A stretch of DNA of 63,973 nucleotides, filler included, from Octopus bimaculoides (Eukaryota), in assembly GCF_001194135.2 (NCBI RefSeq). It is 6 parts of 6 records of this genome, joined end to end, with 100 filler letters (N's around TTAATTAATTAA, not from the genome) between each part and the next. Parts side by side here need not be neighbours in the genome. Positions count along the whole stretch, not along the records: positions 52,247 to 57,338 come from NC_069008.1; positions 57,439 to 61,544 come from NC_068993.1; positions 61,645 to 62,791 come from NW_026398062.1; positions 62,892 to 63,973 come from NW_026361822.1; 2 more parts are not named here. One strand, 5' to 3'. The notes beneath the pieces were generated by a model. That model searched no databases, was not told where the DNA came from, and saw only the letters and a list, made by a program, of their open reading frames with translations. Shown here piece by piece: positions 52,301 through 63,973 of this stretch (positions are counted from its first letter, which is position 1; the number at the start of each line of letters is the position of its first letter). The position numbers and the translations under genes were made by a program.

Positions 52301-52337
52301 TCTTTGACGTTTCGAGCTACGCTCTTCAACAGAAAGA
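52301..52337 (-). ncRNA. Minimal type I hammerhead motif with variant core
   Basis: Minus strand: tcttt CTGTTGA a gagc-gta-gctc GAAAC GTC aaaga. 5-bp stem I, 4-bp stem II, palindromic ACGT stem III, GTC triplet. Confidence 0.68.
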
Positions 52338-52741
52338 ATACGGAGACAAGGAGAAAAACACGGAGAAAAAAAATTGATTGATATATATATATATATCAAG
52401 ATAGATTGGTATCTAAGGTATATATTATATGCACGTGTGTGTGTAATTATCTATCTATATCTGTGTATGTATGAGAACATAACGATACACTTATGCACAT
52501 ACACAGTCACACACACACACTCACATGCATACACACACACACACACATGCAATGAATTTACTACCTGTTCTAAACAGAAAGATGAATAATCCTACATCAT
52601 CCATCCAATCCACCCTTCTTCCACCCTGACTCCTTGTTCGGTTCAAAGTTTGACTGTGACATTTACTTGTAGGGTTTGGCTGGAAGTCTTATCTTGCTAC
52701 AGTTCATAGCAGTTGTACCACAGGTGGTGGTACTACTTACT

Positions 52742-53384
52742 TATGGTGGTGGTGGTGGTGGTGGTGGTGGTGGTGNNNNNNNNNNNNNNNNNNNNNNNNN
52801 NNNNNNNNNNNNNNNNNNNNNNNNNNNNNNNNNNNNNNNNNNNNNNNNNNNNNNNNNNNNNNNNNNNNNNNNNNNNNNNNNNNNNNNNNNNNNNNNNNNN
52901 NNNNNNNNNNNNNNNNNNNNNNNNNNNNNNNNNNNNNNCTTTCGGTTGTAGTAGTTGCATTATTGTGTTGTTGGTGTTGTTGTTGTTGTTAATAGTGGTG
53001 ATATTTGTTGGAATGCTGGATGTGGTGGTGGTGGTGGTGGTGGTGATGGTGGTGATGGTGGTTGTAGTTGTGGTGTTGTTGTTGTTGTTGGTGGTGGTGA
53101 AGGTAGAGGAGGTGATGGTGGTCGTGGTGGTGGTGATGATAGTGGAGGTGACCGTGGTGGAGAGATGATGGTGGTGGTGATGGTGAAGGTAGTGATGATA
53201 TGGTGGTAGTGATGATGATGGTAGTGATGATGATGGCAGTGGTGAAGACAGTGGTAGTGAAGGTGGTGGCGGTTGCAGTAATGATAATGATGATGATGAT
53301 GATGATGTTGATGATGTTAATTATGATGGTAGTGTCAGCAACAACAATAATGAATATGGTGATAACGATAATTAAAATTCTAAA

Positions 53385-53425
<41 letters not shown>
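52742..53425. repeat. Long degenerate (GGT)n/(GTT)n/(GAT)n trinucleotide low-complexity tract with a gap
   Basis: Seen directly. It explains the poly-V, poly-M and poly-H ORFs. Confidence 0.95.
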
Positions 53426-53426
<1 letters not shown>

Positions 53427-53829
53427 AAGGGAGAGGAAGAAGATGGTAACACTGATTGTATTGTTGTTGCTCACACCTATTTCTTCCCTTAATAAGACTT
53501 AATGTGAAAGGCATTCCATGCATGACTCTCTTGTCTAACCATACACTAAGACTAAATTGTTCGATGCATTCTTCATTTTCCAAGGAAATTTGGACGCTAT
53601 CTCTATGATGTTTATCTACCATGTACAGGTCTTCATTCACTCATACAGACATACATATTTAGATCCATCCACATATATAAATAAATATATACACCCAACA
53701 TTACCATCAACAGCACTCACATCACCACTGGCGACAATTGCGCCTAATCTATGGCCAGAGATGACTACCACAATGACAACCACAGCATTTAATAGCCACA
53801 GTGGCATCGCCAGACCTGCGCAGTGTAAT

Positions 53830-54300
53830 GATACCAGCACTGACAGCAGCCCCAACAACACCAGTAGCAATAACAACATCCCCAGGTCCCGAGCCAATAG
53901 GAGATGCACCAGTAATGTAAACACAACCAATGCCCAAGCCTAGAAATACATCAGATCAGCTGGTATGGCATTCAAGCGATGCTTGTACAACCATAGGTCC
54001 TCTTTCAGGGTCCCAGAAAGACAAGTCATTACATTCCTGGCCAGCCATGTGTGACACTACAAAGATGAAGGGACCCCATACGATATCAGGTGGAAGATCT
54101 TAGAACAACTGAGACCCTACATCAACAGGAGTGTATGCTGCAAGCTCTGCATAGATGAGCGAGTTAAGATATTCAAAGACTCCATGAAACTTGGGTCACT
54201 GAATGCTTGCCAAGAAATCTTCACACCCTGCAATCATTTTAAGCGCTACCTGACTAAACCTAGAAGAGTCCTTATGATCCAATAGCAGCCCAAGGGATAG
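53830..54300 (+). mobile_element. Penelope-like element GIY-YIG region, decayed
   Basis: KYIRSAGMAFKRCLYNHRSSFR..SHV*HYKDEGTPYDIRWKILEQLRPY..CKLCIDERVKI..LNACQEIFTPCNHFKRYL, paralogous to the 19895 ORF. Confidence 0.78.
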
Positions 54301-54339
54301 ATCCTCTATTCTCCTTTCCAGGTCCACAAATAATTGGTT

Positions 54340-54765
54340 TTGGGGAGACAACCCATCCTCACTAACACAGGACTGCAATTTACTCTGAATCTCAACAATA
54401 TTGTTAAAACGTTGACCTTTGAGCTGCCTTTTCCTCTTGGGAAAGAAACGGAAATCTGCAGGTGCTAAATCCCGTGAATAGGGTAGGTGTGGAAGTGATG
54501 CCATGCTGGTTTTGATAAGAGACTCACAAGTGAGGCGAGTTTGGTGATGGTGCATTGTCGTTGTGATGAATCCAGTTTTTTGTGCTCCACATATCTGGTT
54601 GTTTCCACCAAACGTCCTCCCTCAACTGCTTCAGAACATAGCCGAAGTCTTGCTTGACGATCTGGTCCTGAGTGACGAATTCTCAATGCACAATACCGTA
54701 TATGCTGAAAAAAAAAACAATGGGCATGCTCTTGATTGAGTTGTGGTTTTGTTGTGCCTTCTTTG
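54340..54765 (-). mobile_element. mariner (DD34D-type) fragment
   Basis: LPHLPYSRDLAPADFRFFPKRKRQLKGQRF matches the mariner PYSPDLAP.DF.LFP motif. Confidence 0.8.
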
Positions 54766-54786
54766 GTCATGGAGATGAAGGACTGC

Positions 54787-54844
<58 letters not shown>

Positions 54845-55054
54845 ATGTATGTGCATTAGTAAACAGTAAACAGCCAAGTCTCTGGTACAAAGGTTGTTGA
54901 TAATCAAAAATTGAATTAGGTGACCTACTAGCTCCTCTTCTCCACCCTACTATCCCATCATTTCCATATGCGTGTGTGTGTGTGTGTGTGTGTGTGTCTG
55001 TGTGTGTCTGTGTGTGTGTCTCTGTGTGTGTCTGTGTCTGTGTATGTGCATGTA

Positions 55055-55086
<32 letters not shown>

Positions 55087-55159
55087 AGGGCATTACTATA
55101 CATGAATGTTTCATGCTATGAGGGACTCTAAGGTCAAACTACCATAATAGACATTGCCA

Positions 55160-55340
55160 TCATCATTATTTAACGTCCATTATCCATGCTGGCATGGGTT
55201 GGATGGTATGACCAGAGCTGGCAAGCCGGGGAGCTGCACCAGTCTTCAGTCTGTTTTGGTTTGGTTTCTATGGCTGGATGCCCTTCCTAACACCACTTTA
55301 CAGGGTGTGCTGGATCTTCTTGAGTACAGCAAGGTACCAG
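55160..55340 (-). mobile_element. RTE-related 3' tail repeat
   Basis: catcattatttaacgtccattatccatgctggcatgggttgg..ctggatgcccttcctaac. The same start recurs at 63932-63973. Confidence 0.7.
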
Positions 55341-55440
55341 GCATATATACATATATATATAAATAATTAAGATTCAGTTGAATTAGGTACTTAAGTTGAG
55401 TCAAGTATTATCCGTAAGGCTCGAAGTAAGGTGAATAAAA

Positions 55441-55699
55441 AGCAAATAAGTAACATGGATGTCAAGGTATTAATGCAATATGGTTGTTTGAGGTGGCTCC
55501 ATTTAATCAAACAATGCAATTTTAGGAAATATTTGCTAAAAATTATAATGGACGATCCTGACAGTTGAAATTTTGTATTTTGTAACTGAAGATGGCACTG
55601 TATTTCAAATTAATATAATGCTTGCATTGTTTGATTAAATGGAGCCGCCTGAAACGACCGTATTGCATTAATACCTGACACCCTTGTTACTTATTTGCT
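55441..55699. repeat. Fold-back element (arms 55441-55519 and 55622-55699) overlapping a hammerhead motif
   Basis: About 79-bp arms. ggctccatttaatcaaacaatgcaa pairs exactly with ttgcattgtttgattaaatggagcc. Confidence 0.9.
55575..55674 (+). ncRNA. Type I hammerhead-like motif with long stem II insertion
   Basis: Stem I gtatt[t]tgtaa/ttgca[tt]aatac, CTGAAGA (55586-92), 58-nt stem II region, GAAAC-gacc-GTA (55651-62). Confidence 0.55.
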
Positions 55700-55700
55700 G

Positions 55701-55731
<31 letters not shown>

Positions 55732-56295
55732 ATGCATATATATGTATACATGTATTTATCTGCAAATTGAAGGAGTGGAATGGAGAAAATCCAGGCAACA
55801 TATGTTTCTTAAGAGCTGATCCTCCAATATAATAACTACTGAATGAGGAGTATTTAGCTAGCTGTTCATCAGGCTGAGGATACCTTAATTACATGAAGGT
55901 TACATCGTTGTTTGAGAATCCCAAGTTAACTTAGTGTGGATGTGATTTGAAATGTTTTCTGTACCTGCCACGGACTGCTTGAAGTTTACAAACTTCCTAC
56001 ACTTGGATTCCTGGATCTTACTCTTATATATCAATACACAAACACACAGTAGAATAAGAAATAGAAAGTCCTTGGCACAGTATTATATATTTGAGAAAAT
56101 GAATAGAAATGACTTTTCTGATAATTTTTTTCTCTTTAATAATTAGAATCTTTTATTCTTTTGCTTGTTTCAGCCATTAATGAATAAAACTATTTCTTGT
56201 ATTTATAAGACATTAGCAAACTTTTTTTTTCTTTTCAACAAATTTCATACTTGACAACCTAATAGATATATATATATAGAATAATGAATAAATGC

Positions 56296-56544
56296 ACCCT
56301 TTTAAAGCCAAGCCAGGCTCATGGGCCCAGTTTCCTGGTTTCAATGGCATATGTGTTCCCCAGCTGGATGGTTGGGACGCCAGTCCATTGCAGTGTTACT
56401 CATTTTTGCCAGCTGAGTGGACTGGAGCAACGTGAAATGAAGTGTTTTGCTCAAGAACATGACGAGTCGCCCGGTCCAGGAATCGAAACCACAATCTTAT
56501 GGTCATGGTGCTGACACCCTAACCACTAAGCCACGCACCTCCAC
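56296..56544 (-). mobile_element. tRNA-derived SINE (family C-related)
   Basis: The minus strand starts gtggaggtgcgtggcttagtggttaggg (A box) and has ggtttcgattcc (B box). A partial relative lies at about 60405-60525. Confidence 0.8.
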
Positions 56545-56654
56545 ATATATACATATACATACATATATATATATATACCTACATGCACCCGCATCTGCTC
56601 ACACACATACATGCACACGCACACATGTCCACACATACCAGGTATTTATTATCT

Positions 56655-56699
<45 letters not shown>

Positions 56700-57171
56700 T
56701 CAGTTGTGAAGACAGGTGAATGACCTAAAGACTTTCAGAATGCAGATACCAAAACATCCCCTGTTTATTTATTCAGTATGGACTATCGACTGCTTCCCAG
56801 GTTCAAATCCTGAGGAGTTGACTTTTGTTTTCAATCTTTCTGAAGGGTCAACAGAATAGATACCTGTAGTAGTAGTAGTAGTAGTTGTGGCAGTGGTGGT
56901 GATACCACGTATAACAGCAGTGGTGCTGGCTGCAATGGTAGTGTTAGTAGTAGTAATAGTGGTGTTTGTGGTGGTGGTGATGATGTTTATGATGATGATG
57001 GTGGTGATGGCAGCGGTGGTATTTATTCTATTGGTATCTTTTGCCAAACTACTATGTTACAAGGAAGTAAACAAACCAACATCAGTGGTCAAACAGTGGT
57101 GACAAGCACAAACACAAACACACACACACACACACACACAAACACATGCTTACATGTATAATATATATAGA

Positions 57172-57321
57172 CACAGGCATGACTGTGTGGTAAGCTCAAC
57201 CACAGGGTTCCGGGTTCAGTCCCACTAGTGCCACTTTGGGCAATTCTATTCTGCTATAGCCTCAAACTGACCAAAACGTTCTGAGTGGATTTGGCAAATG
57301 GAAACTGAAAAGAAGCCCATC
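57172..57321 (+). mobile_element. tRNA-derived SINE (family A), 5' part
   Basis: catgactgtgtggtaag..ggttccgggttcagtcccact..ggaaactgaaaagaagcccatc. Confidence 0.8.
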
Positions 57322-60300
57322 ATATATATATATATATANNNNNNNNNNNNNNNNNNNNNNNNNNNNNNNNNNNNNNNNNNNNTTAATTAATTAANNNNNN
57401 NNNNNNNNNNNNNNNNNNNNNNNNNNNNNNNNNNNNNNATATATATATATATATATATATATACATATGTATGTATACACTTATGTAGTTTTATATTTAT
57501 ATATGCATTACATGATATATTCGTTTCTAAACGTATATTCTCATGCATACACACAAACACATACACATACATACACACAGACACACACATATACATATAC
57601 ATATATATATGTATATATGTATATGTATCTATATATGTGTGTGTGTATAATTCTATGTGTCTCATAATATACTTGTAGTATGTGTGGCACACAGCTGACA
57701 GTCTATACAAACATCCATTAAGAAAAAGTATTGTACATTTATTTGGTATTTATATCCTTTTTTTTATTTGCATCATTTTAAATGTTCTGTTTTGCTGTCT
57801 CTCCTATATTTGATTTTAGTTTAGTTTTACAATTCCCGGATGCTCTTCATCTTCGTTCTTTGATTTTCACATATTCCTATATTTCTCCTCTTTTGTTGCT
57901 AATAGATGTGAACTATATCCTCTTTAACTTCTATGCAATGTTAAAGCTACATTTCAACTGAGGTCTGATTTTTTAAAATTTATTTTTGTTTTAAACAAAA
58001 CTGATCTACTGGAAGTGTTGAACTAGCGGCATCTCATAAAAATCTATATATACAAACTAAAAACAAAAATGAAAAAAAAACAAAAAAAAAAACGGTCGAA
58101 TACTATGTCTAAACATACTATTTGTACAGAAAGTAGATTTTGATCGCTATTAGTGTTGTCTTTTCAAGTGACTTATAAACATTTTTTCAATATCTGAACT
58201 AAGGAAAATATAATACAATCATGTTTAATCAAATGTATATTTTATCTCAATGTATAAATATATTTTGTTTATGAAAGAAGTGAACTTTACAATTTCTCAT
58301 CATTGAATATCCCGAATACATAAGCTGTTTATAGGAAAAGTAAACCACAGTTAAATAAAATAAAAACATTCTTGCTTCCTAGCATTATAAAATTACACTC
58401 CATAGAACAAAAGGTTATCAAAAGGAGCTGTTGTGCCCATTGGCTTCTATATAGGTAGTTTGCAGTAATAGTAGCAGAATACTCAAAACAATGGATTGAG
58501 ACGGAAGAAATACCGTACGGCACATATTTTTTCTTCCCAGCTCACCGACACAAATCGTAACCATCAAGCTAGACATTTGTTTCTCTAGCTATGTTTAGCA
58601 TATACAGAAATGTTTGAATTTGGAGTAAAAGGACGATTAATCGTATCAAAGCTTTTACTTGATTTTTATCTAATTATATCGGTTCCTAAAAAGATGAACA
58701 CCAAATTTAACCCAGGTAGAATTTTGACGGAGAAGGTAAAGAACAAGAATAAATTTCCCATTAGGTCCCACTCGAGTCTCTAACGATACACCTAATAATT
58801 ATTACTCTATATTACGGATGGCGATGAGAGGGTGATCATTATCTCTCTCCAAAAGTATTTTTTCTGGATGCATGATTGCCTCGTGTATGTCAGAAGCAAT
58901 TTCTCAAACGTAAGTCGAACCTGCTTTTGTCTTTTGAAACGGAAGTTCTTAAATGTCGATGTTTGGGTAATAATCTGCGAATTGCACATTGCGTCATCTT
59001 CCGCAAAAAAAGGATTTAATTATTCCCGGCTAGATCATGTCGTCTCTATTAGATTTTCAACGTACACTTTCTATCCGCGAGAAAGTTGTTCGATCTAGAA
59101 TCGTTAATATGTTTATGATGCATTCTTCATTTTAGAAGAAGTTGACGCAACTAAAACTCATCAAGACTACTGGGTTAATATTCCGCTTCGTGTCAGTGAA
59201 TGGAATTAACAATTACATTCTAATAGCAAACTTGCACTTGAAAATACTGTCGATGTTCTTTAAAATTAGCCTGAAACGTTAACTCCTTTATTGTTGTTGT
59301 TGCTTTTGCGTTTGAGGGAGTCCATTATATTCTACACCTTTCACAGTTTGGGTAACAACTTTTCTAACCATTGCTCTCGTTGATGCGAACATTTAGGGAT
59401 CTTCTCACTGTGTTGGCTGCAAGAACAGTTTCTTAAAATATGTTGATTTCTACTGTAATGAATACAATCTGATCCATTGGAGATGCAAAACGGCTGTAAA
59501 TTTGTTGACGTGTCACCTTTGATATTCAAAATTCTGTGCTGTAATGCTAATGGGAATTTTTAATGAACCTAATTGGAGTTGTAGTAGAACAAGAATTCAA
59601 ATAACACATATCTGAAATGACATTGTTACAAAGGTGGAAATTAGAAAAATAATTGAACTTAGCCCTTTCGAAATCACTTTCCCATTCACGCTTGCGCGGT
59701 TGCTGCTCCCAGCCGCAGGACTCCCATAGTGATATTGGGAGTAATTAAATCACAATGTCAAGTTTTGCGCGAACGCAGAAGTATATCATTATCAACTGAC
59801 TTATTTGAGCCGAGTCAATTATATTTCGGCCTGTCAAGAACTACACAAGGCCCAGCAGATATAGTGACAATAGAGTTATAAGTTATAAATATCCTTTCAA
59901 GTGAAGTTTTACTGTGTAAAAATATTCAAAAATTTATAGCATTCGCCGGATATATAATTCAAATATATTCGTGCATAATCTCATACAAGGGTTGTCCCGA
60001 AAGTAATGCAAACTAAGCATGACTTTGGTTTCAAATTTTTGGCCCAAGGCAAGAAACTTAGAGAAGGGCTAAGTCGATTACATCAACCCCAGTGCTCAAA
60101 TGGCACCTGTTTTATTGACCATGAAAGGTAAATATGCTGCCATTGAGTACTTGAAGAAGGATGTGTGCAGGCTGTCTGACATACTCAGAAACCTATAGGT
60201 TGTTTAAGGAGATAACTAGCACTCCGTCGGTTAAGACGACGAGAGTATAAGTTGATCCGATGAACAGAATATCTTGCTCCTAAAGTAGCGCACAGGTGGC

Positions 60301-60877
60301 TGAGCACTCCACAGAAACGTGAGAGATCCTGCGTAATACAGAATGTGAAATAGTTAAACCTTCAAAATTTCGGTACTATTCATTTGTTTTTTCAACTGTA
60401 CAGACTGGAGTAACGTCAAATAAATTATCTTGCTCAAGGATAAAGCGTAGCGCCGGGACCCGAACTCATGACCTTACGATCGAGAGTCGAACATCCCTAG
60501 CAACTAATCCGCGCACCTTCATCTTGCACGGCGTATTAGTTAATGAAATGTTGTGCACAGTTTTCATTGCTTACGAGATAAACCAGAGAATGTTTTAAAA
60601 TGTTGCTATGCTCTACATTAGCAGATTAGACAGATATTTTGTAGACAATCTGTACCTTGAAACTGCGTGTCCAATGCCCTAGTTGAAAGAATTACTGAGT
60701 GGAAAACCAGATGTTATCCATTGCCCTACATTTGTTGCACTAGTGCCGGCCGTCGACTTCAAACCACAGAGAATCGAAACAAGTAAGGCACAGCATCCGG
60801 TCTCATGATCAAGCATTTTATTCATCCCATTGCCCAGGATTAATAATTTCTTTCAATGTGAACCTGCTGGTTAGAGA

Positions 60878-61045
60878 GGGAAGTGAGTTGGCAGAATTGT
60901 TAACACGCCGGGCGAAATGCTTAGCGGTATTTCGTTTTCCGTTACGTTCTGAGTTCAAATACCACCGAGGTCGACTTTGCCTTTCAACATTTCGGAGTCC
61001 ATAAATTGAGTAACAGTCACGCACTGGGGTCGATGTAATTGACTT
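60878..61045 (-). mobile_element. SINE-like repeat (family B)
   Basis: Reverse complement of the family B body. CpG sites are intact. Confidence 0.82.
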
Positions 61046-61736
61046 AATCCCTTTGTCCATCCTTGTTTGTCCCATCTGTGTTTAGCCCCTTGTGGGCAAT
61101 AAATAAATAAGGATTGTTAGCAATTCGGACAAAAAGATCGACTGCGTTTCTTTCAATCGAAATCCCTCCAAGGTAAAACCTATCTTTCATTCTTTCGGTG
61201 AGATTGAAATAAAGTTGCAGTCAAGTACTAAGTTGGATGTGATTGATTTCCCACGATCCTCGAAATAGTTTGCCGTAAACACTGTAACAGACCAGCAGCA
61301 TATTCAGGAGTAATGTTGCGGTCTAGGCCACTTATACACCAGGAAAATGGGATAAGCAGGATTCTGTGGCTACTGAAATTCACATCGGCGGTATTTGAAC
61401 GCAGGGTGTATAGATTCGGCGTACGTAATGATGCAAGGCATTTTAAGTTACGCTCTAACGATCCTACCAATCTGTCATCTCAAATAAAAACATATTTTTA
61501 CAGTGGCATGTTTCGTATCGATGTATATATATATATATATATATNNNNNNNNNNNNNNNNNNNNNNNNNNNNNNNNNNNNNNNNNNNNTTAATTAATTAA
61601 NNNNNNNNNNNNNNNNNNNNNNNNNNNNNNNNNNNNNNNNNNNNACTCCTCTGTGATTGCCTGGAGGACTATGGTAAATAATAGAGGGCTGAGGTGTGTA
61701 CATATATATGAATATATAAATATGTGTATATATGAG

Positions 61737-61768
<32 letters not shown>

Positions 61769-61959
61769 GAGGGTAGAAACTGATATTAATCAATTAAAAC
61801 CAGTGGTCTAGCATATTAAAAAACATATATTCTTTTTTCGTAGTTAGATGATTCGGCATCTATTTCTAGCATATAGGAGTCCACTCACTCCTCTTCTTTT
61901 TGTATATATATATATATATATATAGATAGATAGATAGATACAAGTTGGGCCGTTCATGT

Positions 61960-62085
61960 ACACAGCAAAGTTAACATGGCCAGCAGAATGTGTTCCTGGA
62001 TCCTCAGAACATTCCAGTCGAGAGATATCCAGATAGCCACACCATTATCCTTCTCTTCAGGTCTGCATGCTTCACCACCTTCCCA
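61960..62085 (+). mobile_element. CR1/L2-like LINE fragment (same family as 21280)
   Basis: KVNMASRMCSWILRTFQSRD matches RMSSWILRTFQSRE at 21313. Confidence 0.7.
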
Positions 62086-63036
62086 TTGTCGCAGGACTTC
62101 CGAATAAAAATAAAATGAAAATATACTAAAGATAAATAAATATATATAAATATATACTAAGAATAAAGATACATATATACTGAAAATAAAATATATATAT
62201 ATAAGGGGGAAAAAAGGAAAAAGGGCCCACATATCGAGGAGAGGTCAGCAATGCCTGCACAGAGTTTTAGGTCCAATAAGGCTTGCACGACATCTCATAG
62301 ACCCTCTCCACTCTATTCCCATTTTTCAGAGACATGCCAGAGCAAGATGTCTGGTGCCAATATAAGTCACAGGCTCAGGGATGTGGGAGTGTGCCATGAT
62401 CTCTAGCACAAACCAAAGATCCTCAAAATGTCCAATGCCATTCCCTGCATATCTGGTTTTATATCAGAATGACCTTCTCCTAGAGACATGCTTCAACAGA
62501 AGCTGAGGGGTACCTAACTCCCAAAGGTCTTTCAGCATGCCAGACACGACCCCAGAATTTCTGCATACCTATGCTGTTGCTAGATAGCTGTTGAGCCTGC
62601 ACTAGGTCCATCTGACCTTTCAACAGGTCTTGTTTTTAATCCTGCTGGGTTTCTAGCAACCCTCCTCATCTGGATATCCAGGTGGGTGTACCAGTTTAGC
62701 TGGTGACAACCCAACCATGCCACAGGTTGTACTGGATTCTATGCTGGTTTACTGTCTGTTCAATGTCAAATTTCTTTTCATCAGCGAACACNNNNNNNNN
62801 NNNNNNNNNNNNNNNNNNNNNNNNNNNNNNNNNNNTTAATTAATTAANNNNNNNNNNNNNNNNNNNNNNNNNNNNNNNNNNNNNNNNNNNNACCTCCCCT
62901 GTTCGAAGGTTATAATGGACACAGGTTTGTGTGTCACATAGAGGTGATGGCCTCTTGGAGCTAATCAACGGCAGCATTCATCCTATTTTTTGGACTACCA
63001 TGTTGGCTTGGCGATAACTATTAATATATATATATA

Positions 63037-63930
63037 TTAGGACATCTTATAAATAATATGGGTTTTTTTTTTCATTTGCATGAGCTAAAAGTCAGAGGAG
63101 GGCAGGATAAACTACCTGCATCAACTTACTATAAAAGCAGGTAGTAATTATACCTTGTCCTTATTCTTAGTGCAAGTTTTGAAGAGTGCAGTTTGATTTT
63201 AAATTATGTTTTTCAAAGCTATAATGGAAGTGACAAAGGAGCATATTCGGCATATTTTGCTTTATGAGTTCAATAAAGGCAACAATGAAACAGAAAGTGC
63301 AAGGTATATAAATACAGTATATGGGGATCGGACAATAAATGTAAGACAATGCAAACGGTGGTTCCAGAAATTCTGAGTGGGAAACTAGTAGATAGGTCTC
63401 ATCTTGGAAGATCTGTAGAGCTCAACAAGGACGTCCTACAAACCTTGGTGGAACAAAATCCCATTGTAATTATTGAGGAATTACCAGAGAAGCTTGGATT
63501 TGGATTTGGTCATTCAAGTCAGCGCTAGAGGAAAAACGACCATCTTTGGTTTGAAGATGAAAGGTTTTCTATCAGGATAATGCTCAGCCACATACAGCAA
63601 GGATGACATTCCAAAGGCTGGAGCTGTTTGAATGGGAGATGATATTCACTGGATATTACTCCATCTGATTATCATTTATTCCGCAGTCTTCAAAATCATT
63701 TGGACGGGAAAAATATGAATTCTGTAGATGAGGTGAGAACAGTACTGGAGGAGTATTTTTTTGTTACAGACAAGTGAATTTTGGAAGACGGGGCCATGCA
63801 AGTCTACCCGATAGATGGAAGAGCATTGTAGAAAATGAAGGAGAGTTTATTTTAGATTAAAAAAAGAACTTTGTCTATCTTAATTTTTAAAAATAAAAAA
63901 AGTTTAAAATAACTGCATTATTTATGGGAT
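63037..63930 (+). mobile_element. mariner transposon, internally deleted
   Basis: Degenerate TIRs (ttataaataat / attatttatgggat). N-terminal MEVTKEHIRHILLYEFNKG..RQCKRWFQKF and C-terminal QDNAQPHTAR..PSDYHLFRSLQNHLDGK..LPDRWKSIVEN. Confidence 0.85.
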
Positions 63931-63973
63931 CATCATCATCATCATCATCATCGTTTAACGTCCGCTTTCCATG

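Noticed and set aside
23479-57710. Many long ORFs in the track (poly-X, YIYI, CVCV, THTH, poly-N, poly-L, poly-H)
   Set aside because: They are translations of N gaps and microsatellites, with no coding signal.
62720-62791. CTGATGA on the minus strand at 62778-62784 as a hammerhead core
   Set aside because: It reads VFADEKKFDIEQ, the first-Asp motif of a mariner-like transposase fragment. No stems or GAAA fit.

Overview
Eukaryotic, AT-rich, microsatellite- and transposon-dense DNA. The SINE, RTE and Penelope families look like those of an octopus (inferred by recognition, not by search). The only host gene I can support is a partial ULK3 on the + strand: five GT-AG exons at 3910-12725 encoding the kinase C-lobe and most of the first MIT domain. 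The 5' exons and the 3' exons are not visible in the window. Five 100-bp spacers (44 N + TTAATTAATTAA + 44 N) are artificial scaffold joins, so the six segments may not be true neighbours. The rest is decayed mobile DNA: Tc1, maT, mariner, pogo, RTE, CR1-like, R4-like, Gypsy, Penelope-like and tRNA-derived SINEs. The most striking unexplained signal is about ten type I hammerhead-ribozyme motifs, ranging from apparently intact to decayed. Some sit at the 3' end of Penelope-like elements, and several lie inside short fold-back (inverted-repeat) elements. There is also a 1.6-kb palindromic DD35E Tc1 derivative and a CpG-depleted domain over the ULK3 gene body. All RNA folds were done by eye and are untested.
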